A program made the translations under genes and the position numbers. A DNA stretch of 64,000 nucleotides from a virus: the IMG/VR virus record IMGVR_UViG_3300021541_000005; one strand, written 5' to 3'. A model generated the notes under the pieces. It worked only from the letters and a program-made list of their open reading frames with translations, was not told the origin of the DNA and did not search any database. Every line of letters begins with the position of its first letter. The first letter of the stretch is position 1. Shown in pieces: positions 35,199-45,393 of this stretch.

Positions 35199-36668
35199 AT
35201 GGAACCCTTAACTATTGATGAATTCGCACAATTAGTAAGCAGAGGAGCTTGGAAACCATTCATACACTTATTACTAGTGGTTAAGCTATTACATTATGTA
35301 ATAGAAGGTCGCATATCACGTTTAATGGTATTCATGCCTCCAAGACATGGTAAATCTGAGCTAATAAGTTACTATTTTTTAACATGGTTCCTAGGGTGTT
35401 TTCCTGATAAACAGGTAATACTCACTACTCATAGCGCTAATTTCAGTCGTAAATGGGGTCGTAGAGTACGTAACCTTCTAGAATACATAGGAAAAGATGC
35501 ATTTGAAGTTCCTATAGTACTGGCTGAAGACAGTAAAGCTGCTCATACCTGGAACATTAAAGACCATAAAGGCGGTCTTGTCACAGCAGGTGTTGGTGGA
35601 TCTATTCTGGGTGAGGGTGCAAATGGTTTCATCATAGATGATCCAACTAAAGGTTTCAAAAAAGCAAGAAGTAAAACACATCAAAAAGAACTAAACGATT
35701 GGTGGTTTACAGAAGCTAAAACCCGTTTAAATGCAGATATTGAAGGTGGAAGTAAACCATGGGTAATAGGAATATGGCAAAGACTTAACATAGACGATTT
35801 AGCCGGTCAAATATTATACAAAAAAGAAGGAGACAAACGTGTACCAAATGAACCTCACATAACCTATCAAGAGGCTATGAGAATAATAGAGGAAGAAAAC
35901 GAGGATGTACCTTATGGAACATGGGTAATCTTAAACTTACCTGCTATAGCTGAAGAAAATGACCCGTTAGGAAGAGCTCCTGGAGAGCCATTATGGCCAG
36001 AACAAAAACCATTAGAAGAACTCCAACACATTAAAACTGAAATGGGTAGTTTCAGATTCAACGCAGTATATCAAGGAAACCCACGTGAACCTGAAGGTAA
36101 TGTATTTTTCCGTAAATGGTTTCGTAACAGTAAAATGTCACCTAAAGAAATGGATAAGCTCATTGTTAAATTACCTACATTACGATACTGGGATCTTGGA
36201 GCTTCAGGTGAGGATGGAGATCCAACAGCAGCCCTGTACACTGCATGGGATGGTGAATATATGTACATGAGAAAACTCTTACATAAAGGATTAACCCCAT
36301 TACAGGTTGAAAAATACTTCCTAGACACTACTCTACGTGATGGTAAAAGTACACGTGTTAAAATAGAGCAAGAACCTGGTGCATCACCTAAAGTTTTAAT
36401 CAATAACTTAGCACGTAGAAAAGAATTCAAAGGTTATAGTATAAGGCCGGATAGAGTAAGGGATTATGGTGATAAATTAACACGTAGTTTTGACTTGCAG
36501 GCATTAGCAGAGGCTGATAAAGTACGTATTTCAGAAGATATTTTTGACATGGTGGTTGATGAATTAGTTGAATTCACTGGTGAGGAAGGAGGCCAGGACA
36601 ATATCACAGATGTAGCAACTGGTTCTGCCCGCCATTGGAAGCGTAGACGAGCTAAAATACACGCATAA
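35199..36668 (+). CDS. terL: Terminase large subunit
   Basis: Walker A MPPRHGKS, Walker B FIIDD, YQG-P, nuclease WDLG..D and DNITDV. Confidence 0.95.
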   Translation: MEPLTIDEFAQLVSRGAWKPFIHLLLVVKLLHYVIEGRISRLMVFMPPRHGKSELISYYFLTWFLGCFPDKQVILTTHSANFSRKWGRRVRNLLEYIGKDAFEVPIVLAEDSKAAHTWNIKDHKGGLVTAGVGGSILGEGANGFIIDDPTKGFKKARSKTHQKELNDWWFTEAKTRLNADIEGGSKPWVIGIWQRLNIDDLAGQILYKKEGDKRVPNEPHITYQEAMRIIEEENEDVPYGTWVILNLPAIAEENDPLGRAPGEPLWPEQKPLEELQHIKTEMGSFRFNAVYQGNPREPEGNVFFRKWFRNSKMSPKEMDKLIVKLPTLRYWDLGASGEDGDPTAALYTAWDGEYMYMRKLLHKGLTPLQVEKYFLDTTLRDGKSTRVKIEQEPGASPKVLINNLARRKEFKGYSIRPDRVRDYGDKLTRSFDLQALAEADKVRISEDIFDMVVDELVEFTGEEGGQDNITDVATGSARHWKRRRAKIHA

Positions 36669-36695
36669 TTAATTTAAATAGGAGATGAATAAACG

Positions 36696-38303
36696 ATGGT
36701 TAAATCAGAATCATGGATAGTAACAGTAGACGAAACTACTGGTGACGTTAAAGATGTTATAAGCGAAATTGAAATGGGCAAATATGCTATAAAAGCAGAT
36801 GTTGACCCTACTACGGGGAGTAAACAAACACCTAGTGATCATTATGCTCATGGAATAACAGTTATTGACCCGAAATATAATCCTTATAATTTAATTGAAT
36901 TATTAGATTTGTATAGTTATCATGCTGATTGTGTTGATGCTGTTGCAACAGACGCCAGTGGTGTAGATTATACATTGAAACCTATTGAAGGAAAAGATGA
37001 AGTTGAAAGTGAGAAAATAAGATTCACAGAAATATTAGATAATAGTAAACCTTCAATTAATATTCACATTCACCGTATGATTTATGACCGTAGAAGCATA
37101 GGCTATGGTGCAATGGAAGTAATAAGAGAATCCACTAGTAAATCACCTATAACACGTTTAAAACACATACCATCACACACATTACGCCGTCATACAGACA
37201 TGAAAAGAGTATTATACACAGATGACACAGGAAAAAAAGTCTGGTATGTGCTATATGGTAAAAATTACGATGATGATGGAAATCCAGTTGATGTTCATAT
37301 GAAGACAGGTGAATTCCATCCATATAATAGTTTAAGCATGGAAGAAAAAGCTAATGAATTATTATGGACTATGGAGTATGCTCCAGGAACAAATTATTAT
37401 GGTAGACCACCAATTATAGCTACATTACCATCCATACAATCTGATTTAGCTGCGGTACGTTATAATACTACTTTTTTCCAGAATTATGGTATGCCAGCAT
37501 TCGCAGTCACAGTAACTGGAGATTTCCAAGATTACGAGGAAGAGAAATATATAAAAGACGATGATGGACGTGAAATTCTCAATCCCGATTATGATGAAAA
37601 ACAAACTTTAAGATACCAAATATCACAGCAAGTAAAAGAAGTAATACGCAATCCACATTCAGCTATTTGTATTACAGTACCATCTGAAGGAGTAGACGGA
37701 GATGTAGAAATTAAAATCACTCAATTAAGTGTTGACGTTAAAGAAGGCTCTTTCAGAATGATGAAAAAAGACATACGTGATGAAGTAATACACGCTCACC
37801 AGGTTGACCCTTCACGTTTAGGTATTTTTGACAGTGGCAATTTAAATGGTACTAATTCTGAAGTCACTAAAGCATCCTATAAGTATGGTACTATTGCACC
37901 AATTAAAACTGAAGTTGAATCTATGATAAATCAGATAGCAGCTGAATTAAAAGTGACTAGTTGGAAATTTGTTATTAATGATGTGGATCCAATTGACCAT
38001 AGCCCACGTAAAGATTTAGCTGATTTTTTATTTGCACGTGGTGCAATGACTATTATGGATCTGATTAATAATTTTGGTGATGAATTCGGTTTGGCTGTTG
38101 ATGACCCAAATGACCCTTATTTGAACAGTAGATTCATTAATAATATCCCGTTGGAGCAAGTTTTCAATCAATCAGAACAGAATAGTTACTTGGAAGAAAA
38201 GAGTATTTTGAAGGCTTTGGATGGTAATCTCTGGCAAGACTCTGAAGAGGATGATGATTTTTTAGGAGTTAACAATGACACAGGAATTGGAGAAACAGAT
38301 TAA
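36696..38303 (+). CDS. Portal protein
   Basis: Follows terL; YYGRPP, FFQNYGMP and AHQVDP-RLG motifs of HK97/PBSX-type portals. Confidence 0.92.
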   Translation: MVKSESWIVTVDETTGDVKDVISEIEMGKYAIKADVDPTTGSKQTPSDHYAHGITVIDPKYNPYNLIELLDLYSYHADCVDAVATDASGVDYTLKPIEGKDEVESEKIRFTEILDNSKPSINIHIHRMIYDRRSIGYGAMEVIRESTSKSPITRLKHIPSHTLRRHTDMKRVLYTDDTGKKVWYVLYGKNYDDDGNPVDVHMKTGEFHPYNSLSMEEKANELLWTMEYAPGTNYYGRPPIIATLPSIQSDLAAVRYNTTFFQNYGMPAFAVTVTGDFQDYEEEKYIKDDDGREILNPDYDEKQTLRYQISQQVKEVIRNPHSAICITVPSEGVDGDVEIKITQLSVDVKEGSFRMMKKDIRDEVIHAHQVDPSRLGIFDSGNLNGTNSEVTKASYKYGTIAPIKTEVESMINQIAAELKVTSWKFVINDVDPIDHSPRKDLADFLFARGAMTIMDLINNFGDEFGLAVDDPNDPYLNSRFINNIPLEQVFNQSEQNSYLEEKSILKALDGNLWQDSEEDDDFLGVNNDTGIGETD

Positions 38304-41300
38304 ACATATTAATAATAGTTTATTTGCTGCTAAAATGGAAAATATCATACAATACATGTATGAAGAGGAATTAAAAACAAGTGTAGCTGGAATATTCCAT
38401 AGTATCCGTACAGAAATACTCAAGAATCTTGAAGAGTATTACGGTGATGTGCTGTTTAATGCACACATGGATTTAATATTAGCACCCATACATGAGCATC
38501 ACAAACAATACTATGACACCATAATGAAATACAAGCTCAAAGAGCATAGAAAAGGACGTGTTCAAGGAAAAAGATTAATTGCACGTGCTAAACAGTACGC
38601 CAAACAATACAGTAAAGCTTATTATGGTGGTGCTGTTAAAGAGGACACGATTAATGTTCCTATGAATAGCATAATCAAGAAAGATGAATTATTTGCTACT
38701 TCAGACTACAGTGCTGAACAAATGCGTGACAAGACATTTGTTGCAAGTGAAAACACCTTAGCACGTGTAGATAAAGATATTAACGGCATAATCACAGATG
38801 GCTACCGTGATGGATGGGGTATAAACGATGTAGCTAACAAGATAGAAACCCGTTTCAACCAGCTAGAAACATGGGAAGCACGACGCATAGCAAGAACCGA
38901 AATACACGGGTCACATATGCAAGGAGTAATGAACTCATATGAAGACATGGGCGTAGAATACTTACAATGGGGAGCAGCACATGACAACCGTACACGTGAC
39001 ACACATGCAGCATTAGACGGTGAAATCATACCCTGGAACGGTGTTTTCAGTAATGGTTTAAGGTATCCTGGAGATACAAATGGTCCGATTAGTGAGTGGA
39101 TTAATTGTCGTTGTGGTGTTTTACCGTGGTTTTGTCCTCCTGGTATGATGGTGCCTGTGGGTATGTCTAATTTTAGGGAGTCTGATTTATTACCTTTAGG
39201 AACATTAGGAACCGGTGGAGACTTATTAACACAATTCCAAGATGAAGTCTCAGCAATACCAAAACAATCATCATCTTTTGACTTAGACATTATTAATCCT
39301 AAATTAATTGATTCTAAATTCTCAATACCTAATGAAGATTTATCAGAATTTGGAATAACTGAAAAAGGAATGGAAACAATTCAAAGATATACTAAACGTA
39401 GAATTGGCTCTGATATAGAATATGGTGTAGTATTCAATGAGAAAAACGGTAAATTCTTATCTAAAGAATTTAAAGGAGCTAGTAATGATATAGTATTAAC
39501 CAAACCAAATGGAAAATATAGTACAATACACTACCATACTGATGAGGGTTTTAGACCTACATCTTCAGGAGATTTCTTTGAATTCTTAAACTCAAAAAAT
39601 GAACGTGTAGGAATAAATATCTCAAGAAAAGAATCATGGTTCATAAAAAATGAAGGCAAATTAACTTCTAAAGAAATTAATAAAATAACTGTAGATATTG
39701 ATAGATTAGAACAAAAACAATTAAAAAAGTTAACCGATGAATATCGTAAGTCATCACTTAAAATTAATAAGATTAAAGACCCTGTTAAAAGACAATCCGC
39801 TCAAAAAGAATTTGAAAAATATGTTGCAAATGAATTCTTAGACAAACATAATAAAGAATTAGGTGATGCAATACTTGAATATACATCAAATATCAAAGGA
39901 TTAAAAGTAAAAAGAGTAATGCATACAGAAATAAATCCAAAATCTATTAAAACAATAAGTAAAAAAGAATTAAAAGTAGATAAAAGAAGTTTTGAAGAGT
40001 TAACTGGTGTTAAAAGACATTCAACACCAATTAATAATAAAGACTATAATAAATATGCTTTGACATCGGTTGAAGAAAAAACATTAGCAAAATTAGAAGC
40101 TGAAAAAGATTCATTAGGTATGATAGAAAAACGTAGTTATAAGGAATTGGCAGATAGAAAAGAATTCAACTCATTATGGAATAAAATATTACGTGAAGGA
40201 GGAAATCCTAATGATGTAATGGAGCTATCTGGGGGAGAGGGTGTAAGATATGAAAAATTAATGAAAAAATTCAAAGATTGGACTCCAAAAGGCGACATTG
40301 AAATAAAACCAATACAAATTAACAAAAAAACTATTTTTAAAGATAAAGATGCATTCAAATTAACATCTGAAGAAAAACAAGCATACAAAAAACTTAAAAA
40401 GAACAAAGGTAGCTTGTCAACGGATGAAAAAGAATACTACTCTCAATTATCAACTAAATTACAACTCCATCAAAAACATCAAGAATTGATTGGAAACGGT
40501 TTGAGTGAAACTAAATCTAAAACATATGTTGAATTGTATTCTCGATATCGAAAACAATGGAATTTACCTGAATTATCCCTTGATTTAAAATTCACTACAC
40601 AACAAAAATCATTTATTTCATATGATTATTATAAGAATGCTACAGAATTTAAACTTACTAAAAAAGAAGCAGATAAATTATATGAATTAGAGAAAAAACA
40701 ATTATACGGACGAAAATTAACTTCAAATGAATTAAAAACAATGGATGAATTACATAATCAACAAAGATTCATTTACTTGAATAATATTAATCAAACAGAA
40801 AAAGGTTTAGATTATGATGCTACTATTGAGTTTAAAAAATTATATAAATCATTAAAAACAAAACTTAAATTAGATAAAAGTGTTTTAGAGCAACCTTTAA
40901 CAGGGTATGAATCTAAAATTTCTTTAGATAAAAATCCTAAGAATTTAAAAACATTTAAAGGCACTAATGAGGAAGGTTTACTCCCGAATGGTGAATCCTT
41001 AGAAAAGTATTTCACTAAAGATGCACGTGAAATGACCATACGTGAACAAAAAGTAGCGGATAGATGGTTGGGTTCGGATTATAAAGCATTCACTAACTTT
41101 GAAGTGGATTGTGGGCGTGATGTTAAGAAATTCGAGAAATGGATTTATGACATGGCCAAAGCATACAAAGAAGACAATTCATTAAAATATTATCAGTATT
41201 ATTATGATGAAATAACCAGGAGAACAGGTAGAATATCAAAATCTGAAGCTAAAAAATTAGCAGAATCTATTGCTCATGATGTGCCTGTTTTAGATGATAT

Positions 41301-41700
41301 ATTAAATAATCAATTGAAAGAAGGTATGACATTATGGCGTGTACAAGAGAATCATAATTTAAGTTCCACCACGATTGGTGAGGTTATGGATTTCCCTAAT
41401 TTCAGATCTACAGCTATTTCCAAAGAAGGGGCATTATGGTTCAGTAAAACTAACGCTAAAGAGATGAATTATTTAATTGAAATTGAGGCTCCAGCAGGTA
41501 CTAAAGGAGCATATTTAGCTCCAATAAAACAAGGAGAAATAATAAATCCAACATCTCCTTTCGTAGGAGAGAAATATGCGAATGAAATGGAATTTTTATT
41601 AAAAAAATCTAAAGTAGAGTTGGTTAAATTCGAGGATAAAACTGTTAAAGGTGCTAATGGTGAAAAATTAAAACATATACTGTTAAGAATAGTGGGATGA
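38275..41700 (+). CDS. MuF (SPP1 gp7-like) head protein fused to a JAB-like domain, helical repeats and a C-terminal VIP2-type ADP-ribosyltransferase
   Basis: RRIARTE, D-RTR-TH---DG and INCRC MuF motifs; E...HYH-x8-S-xx-D; ART triad LWR, FRSTA and EME. Confidence 0.88.
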   Translation: MTQELEKQIKHINNSLFAAKMENIIQYMYEEELKTSVAGIFHSIRTEILKNLEEYYGDVLFNAHMDLILAPIHEHHKQYYDTIMKYKLKEHRKGRVQGKRLIARAKQYAKQYSKAYYGGAVKEDTINVPMNSIIKKDELFATSDYSAEQMRDKTFVASENTLARVDKDINGIITDGYRDGWGINDVANKIETRFNQLETWEARRIARTEIHGSHMQGVMNSYEDMGVEYLQWGAAHDNRTRDTHAALDGEIIPWNGVFSNGLRYPGDTNGPISEWINCRCGVLPWFCPPGMMVPVGMSNFRESDLLPLGTLGTGGDLLTQFQDEVSAIPKQSSSFDLDIINPKLIDSKFSIPNEDLSEFGITEKGMETIQRYTKRRIGSDIEYGVVFNEKNGKFLSKEFKGASNDIVLTKPNGKYSTIHYHTDEGFRPTSSGDFFEFLNSKNERVGINISRKESWFIKNEGKLTSKEINKITVDIDRLEQKQLKKLTDEYRKSSLKINKIKDPVKRQSAQKEFEKYVANEFLDKHNKELGDAILEYTSNIKGLKVKRVMHTEINPKSIKTISKKELKVDKRSFEELTGVKRHSTPINNKDYNKYALTSVEEKTLAKLEAEKDSLGMIEKRSYKELADRKEFNSLWNKILREGGNPNDVMELSGGEGVRYEKLMKKFKDWTPKGDIEIKPIQINKKTIFKDKDAFKLTSEEKQAYKKLKKNKGSLSTDEKEYYSQLSTKLQLHQKHQELIGNGLSETKSKTYVELYSRYRKQWNLPELSLDLKFTTQQKSFISYDYYKNATEFKLTKKEADKLYELEKKQLYGRKLTSNELKTMDELHNQQRFIYLNNINQTEKGLDYDATIEFKKLYKSLKTKLKLDKSVLEQPLTGYESKISLDKNPKNLKTFKGTNEEGLLPNGESLEKYFTKDAREMTIREQKVADRWLGSDYKAFTNFEVDCGRDVKKFEKWIYDMAKAYKEDNSLKYYQYYYDEITRRTGRISKSEAKKLAESIAHDVPVLDDILNNQLKEGMTLWRVQENHNLSSTTIGEVMDFPNFRSTAISKEGALWFSKTNAKEMNYLIEIEAPAGTKGAYLAPIKQGEIINPTSPFVGEKYANEMEFLLKKSKVELVKFEDKTVKGANGEKLKHILLRIVG

Positions 41701-41704
41701 TAAA

Positions 41705-42025
41705 ATGAAAAGAGCAGAAATTATTAATATAAACTATTTGATTGATCATGCTGAAGATATTATAAATAACACTACTGTTCTATTTCCTCAATGGTTGTGG
41801 CGTAGATCCAAATGTTCTGATGATGGTGAGCAGTTGCAGGATATTTGGGATCGTATGTATCAAAAACATCAAAGAGAAAGTGGCAATTGGTATATTTTCG
41901 GTAGAGGTGATCCTTGGATTAACCCTGGTGAAACATGGGACGAAGCTCAAGACCGCATAGTCAGAGAATATTGTGAAGCCACTGGCCACTGGGATTTATT
42001 CATATGGAAAGAGGTGAAAGAATGA
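41705..42025 (+). CDS. Small Trp-rich protein, candidate immunity protein
   Basis: Starts 4 nt after the MuF-ART stop; function inferred from position only. Confidence 0.55.
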   Translation: MKRAEIININYLIDHAEDIINNTTVLFPQWLWRRSKCSDDGEQLQDIWDRMYQKHQRESGNWYIFGRGDPWINPGETWDEAQDRIVREYCEATGHWDLFIWKEVKE

Positions 42026-42540
42026 AAGTACTTCAATTTGATTCACATTTCATCAATGATCATATGGATGAATTAGTTCATTTGGAAGACTATGTACCAG
42101 AAATATTATTTAGTTATTATGATAAGCAAAATGAACGTGATAGATTCTTAAAATCTAAAAATTTATTAGAAACTATACATAAGATAGATCAATTATTGGA
42201 TGAAAAATGTAAACTTTCAAAAAATCCAATTATGATAAGGAATAGTATTATCATTGAATGGTTAGATTGTCATCCTGAATTTGAAGGAATAATAGCTGGG
42301 GAATTCTGGGAAAAGTATCAAATGATGAAAAATAATAATGATTTTATTGAGTTTATTGATCTTTTATCTCAATTCAAATTTGCTTCTGAAGAACAAATTA
42401 TAGCAAAATATGAATATCGTAATGATGTTATTCATAAAGATGATTCTAATAGAATGTTTCCTGATTTTAAAAAAATTGATGCTATTTTTAATAAATATGG
42501 GGCTTCTTTATTAGCATGTTATTTATCAGAGTTTGTTTAA
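42022..42540 (+). CDS. Hypothetical protein, second candidate immunity or orphan gene
   Basis: GAGGTGA RBS before ATG 42022; ATGA overlap. Confidence 0.55.
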   Translation: MKVLQFDSHFINDHMDELVHLEDYVPEILFSYYDKQNERDRFLKSKNLLETIHKIDQLLDEKCKLSKNPIMIRNSIIIEWLDCHPEFEGIIAGEFWEKYQMMKNNNDFIEFIDLLSQFKFASEEQIIAKYEYRNDVIHKDDSNRMFPDFKKIDAIFNKYGASLLACYLSEFV

Positions 42541-42548
42541 TTTTTTTT

Positions 42549-42620
42549 AGTCCTATGGTGTAATGGCAATCATGGTGGGTTTTGGTCCCGCTGACTCAGG
42601 TTCGACTCCTGATAGGACTA
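42549..42620 (+). tRNA. tRNA-Gln(UUG), copy of 134-205
   Basis: Identical sequence. Confidence 0.93.
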
Positions 42621-42634
42621 TACAACTTTTTTTG

Positions 42635-42718
42635 GGTAGAATAGTCAAGTGGTCAAAGACGATGTGCTTAGGACTCATTCCTTTAGTAGGTCCGCAGGTT
42701 CAAATCCTGCTTCTACCA
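42635..42718 (+). tRNA. tRNA-Leu(UAG), copy of 220-303
   Basis: Identical sequence. Confidence 0.9.
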
Positions 42719-43224
42719 TTAACAATAATTTTTTGTGTTCACAAATAGGGCATGCTCCTTGCTTCTTTAAACTTTTTTTAACGGAAAACCTTCAAAAAAG
42801 CAAAATAACACTGGATGTTGTTGTTGAGGAAAATATTTTGTTTTCTGTGATTAACTGGTTTTCCATGCTTATTTTTTATTTTTGTTTAAGATTTATTTTT
42901 TTATTCGGGTAACTGTTCATTTGGAAAAATTAAAACCCCGTATTTTCATTTTTCGTGTTTAATATTTTTTTAAAAAACTGTAATAATGTTCAAAAAATAC
43001 CCTTAAAAAAGCAGGTTTTATTTTTATGAGAGTGTATAATGAAGAAAGATATTTTTTTCTTCAAAATTTTGAACATATAGGAAAAAAGAGTATTAACATT
43101 TTTTTTCTAAAAAACACGAGTATACATAGTTAAATTTTAAAATTGGTATGGTACGACTTCTATACTCATAAAAAAAATTTAATACTCTATAATTTCTTCT
43201 TAATAAACTAATTTTAACCCAAAA

Positions 43225-44274
43225 ATGGAGGTATTAACTATTCAAATAAAAAACATGGCTGTGAAAAGTGATGATCAGTTCTTATTCACTGCTCCCGTAA
43301 TGATACCAGACAAACCAGATTGTGATTATGAAAGGGGAGAGGGAACATTCACAGCAGAAGAAATACGATTCTTTAAAGAATCATTTCAGGATTATCAAAT
43401 CATTGATAAGAATCATCAAGTATTCAAGGAGTTAGGGAGTGCTAAAAGCATTAAAGACCAAATGGTTGGAGACCCTGTAAATAGTTTCATCCTCGATGAA
43501 GAAACTACTTACAAACTCGTTAATGGTGGTACAGAAACTTATCCTGCGGGTACTTGGATGTTAACTTCAGATGTAACAGATCCAACTACACAACAAGAAA
43601 TTGAAGATGGTATATTAACTGGTTATAGTCTATCAGTGCATCGTGAAGATATTGGACGATTAATCAAGAAATACATGGCTACTAAAGCTAGTGGTGGTCA
43701 GTTAATTCATGATATACCAAATCCTAATGCAATCACTGTGAGCATTGTAAAAAAACCTTGTCAAAGTGGATCTAAACAATGTAAATTAAATGGAAGTGAT
43801 GTTATGGGTGATGACAAAAAGACACTTGATAAAATCAGAGAAGCTCTTGGTATGGATAACCCAGGATATGCTACTAAATCTGATTTGGATGCATTAGCTA
43901 AAGAAATTAAAGAGGAAAATGCTGCGGCTATGAAGTCAGCAGCTGAAGAAATGGGCACTACTATAAGTGATGCTATTAAAGAGGCTTTTAGTGAAGTTGG
44001 TGCTATTAAATCTAAAAAAGAACCTGATAATGACGATGATGATAAGGGTGGTTCTGGTGACAATAAACCAGCAGATACTGATGGTAATGACTCAAAACCA
44101 AACCCTGATGATGACGACGATGAGGAACTTAAGAAAAAATCTAAAAAACCTAAAAAAGATGGTTCTAAACAAGGAAAAGTACATAATGGAGCAACTAAAT
44201 CCAATAATACTGAAGATTTAGACACTTATGCGTTCCTTGGAAGAAACCCAGATGGTACAAGTAAAAATATTTAA
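43225..44274 (+). CDS. Prohead protease/scaffold (copy)
   Basis: Identical to 810-1859. Confidence 0.8.
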   Translation: MEVLTIQIKNMAVKSDDQFLFTAPVMIPDKPDCDYERGEGTFTAEEIRFFKESFQDYQIIDKNHQVFKELGSAKSIKDQMVGDPVNSFILDEETTYKLVNGGTETYPAGTWMLTSDVTDPTTQQEIEDGILTGYSLSVHREDIGRLIKKYMATKASGGQLIHDIPNPNAITVSIVKKPCQSGSKQCKLNGSDVMGDDKKTLDKIREALGMDNPGYATKSDLDALAKEIKEENAAAMKSAAEEMGTTISDAIKEAFSEVGAIKSKKEPDNDDDDKGGSGDNKPADTDGNDSKPNPDDDDDEELKKKSKKPKKDGSKQGKVHNGATKSNNTEDLDTYAFLGRNPDGTSKNI

Positions 44275-44316
44275 TTTTTATTCAAATTAATCAAAAAAAG
44301 TGATAGGTGATTAGTA

Positions 44317-45384
44317 ATGGTGAATATGAATAATGTGCTCACTAAAGTTGTAGCTGCTGCCGGAAAAGATGGTGCTATGAAAGAAGATGAGACAATGTAC
44401 GATGCAATGTTTGCAAACGCTGGTATATTGGATAGAAAACAATATAACACTTTTGTACGTGAAATGCAAATCAACAGCGTTATTCTTAACGATGCAGCAT
44501 TCAAAAGAATGACAAGAGAATCTGAAGTAACTTCAGGTGCTAGAATCGAAGGAAGAGTATTGCAAGACGGACGTTTAAAAGAAAGTAGAACAACCAAAAG
44601 CGACTTAAAAGAAGCTAAAATCGGTTTTGGTTCTGCTGAATTAAACGCTAAAAAATTAAAAGCAAAAACTTCCATTCTTGATGATGATCTTGATGACAAC
44701 ATCGAAGGAACACAATTTGAATCTACCCTACAATCCATGATGGGTGCAGCAATGGGTGAAGACTTAGCTGCTATTGCTGTATTCGGGGACACTGATTTAG
44801 ATTATGATGAAGAACTTTTGTTCCATACTTTCGATGGATGGGTTAAACAAGCAACTACTACTTTAAAATCAAGTGAATTAGGTTCTACTAATGCAGAAAA
44901 AGCATTTAATGTTCATGAAGATACTATTGAAGCTTTATTTGATGCATTAATTGCAGCGGTACCTGCAAGAGTAAGACAATCAAATCTTATGAATAGATTT
45001 AATATTTATGTTCCTTTTGAAGTTGAAGATGCTTATAGGAATCTTTTAAAATCACGTAATACTGCACTTGGGGACAGTATGCAAGTCGGTGATGCTCCTT
45101 TAAAATACAAACGTTGGAATGTTAAATATGCTCCAGAATTGGATGCTGAAGATTGTAAAGCATTAGATAACACTGCAACATGTCTTGGAGGATTCCCAGA
45201 CTTAATGAGATGGGGTGTTTACAAAGACATCAGCATGGAAATGGAACGTAAAGCTGGTGATGAACAAACTAACTTCTGGTATCGTATGAAAGGAGATGCT
45301 GGACTTGAAGTATTCAGCAGCTTAATTGTTGGAAAATTAACCTTAGAGGAGTTAGCTGAAATCCAAGATGAAGCCAAAGCATAG
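44317..45384 (+). CDS. Major capsid protein (copy)
   Basis: Identical to 1902-2969. Confidence 0.88.
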   Translation: MVNMNNVLTKVVAAAGKDGAMKEDETMYDAMFANAGILDRKQYNTFVREMQINSVILNDAAFKRMTRESEVTSGARIEGRVLQDGRLKESRTTKSDLKEAKIGFGSAELNAKKLKAKTSILDDDLDDNIEGTQFESTLQSMMGAAMGEDLAAIAVFGDTDLDYDEELLFHTFDGWVKQATTTLKSSELGSTNAEKAFNVHEDTIEALFDALIAAVPARVRQSNLMNRFNIYVPFEVEDAYRNLLKSRNTALGDSMQVGDAPLKYKRWNVKYAPELDAEDCKALDNTATCLGGFPDLMRWGVYKDISMEMERKAGDEQTNFWYRMKGDAGLEVFSSLIVGKLTLEELAEIQDEAKA

Positions 45385-45393
45385 GTGGTATTT

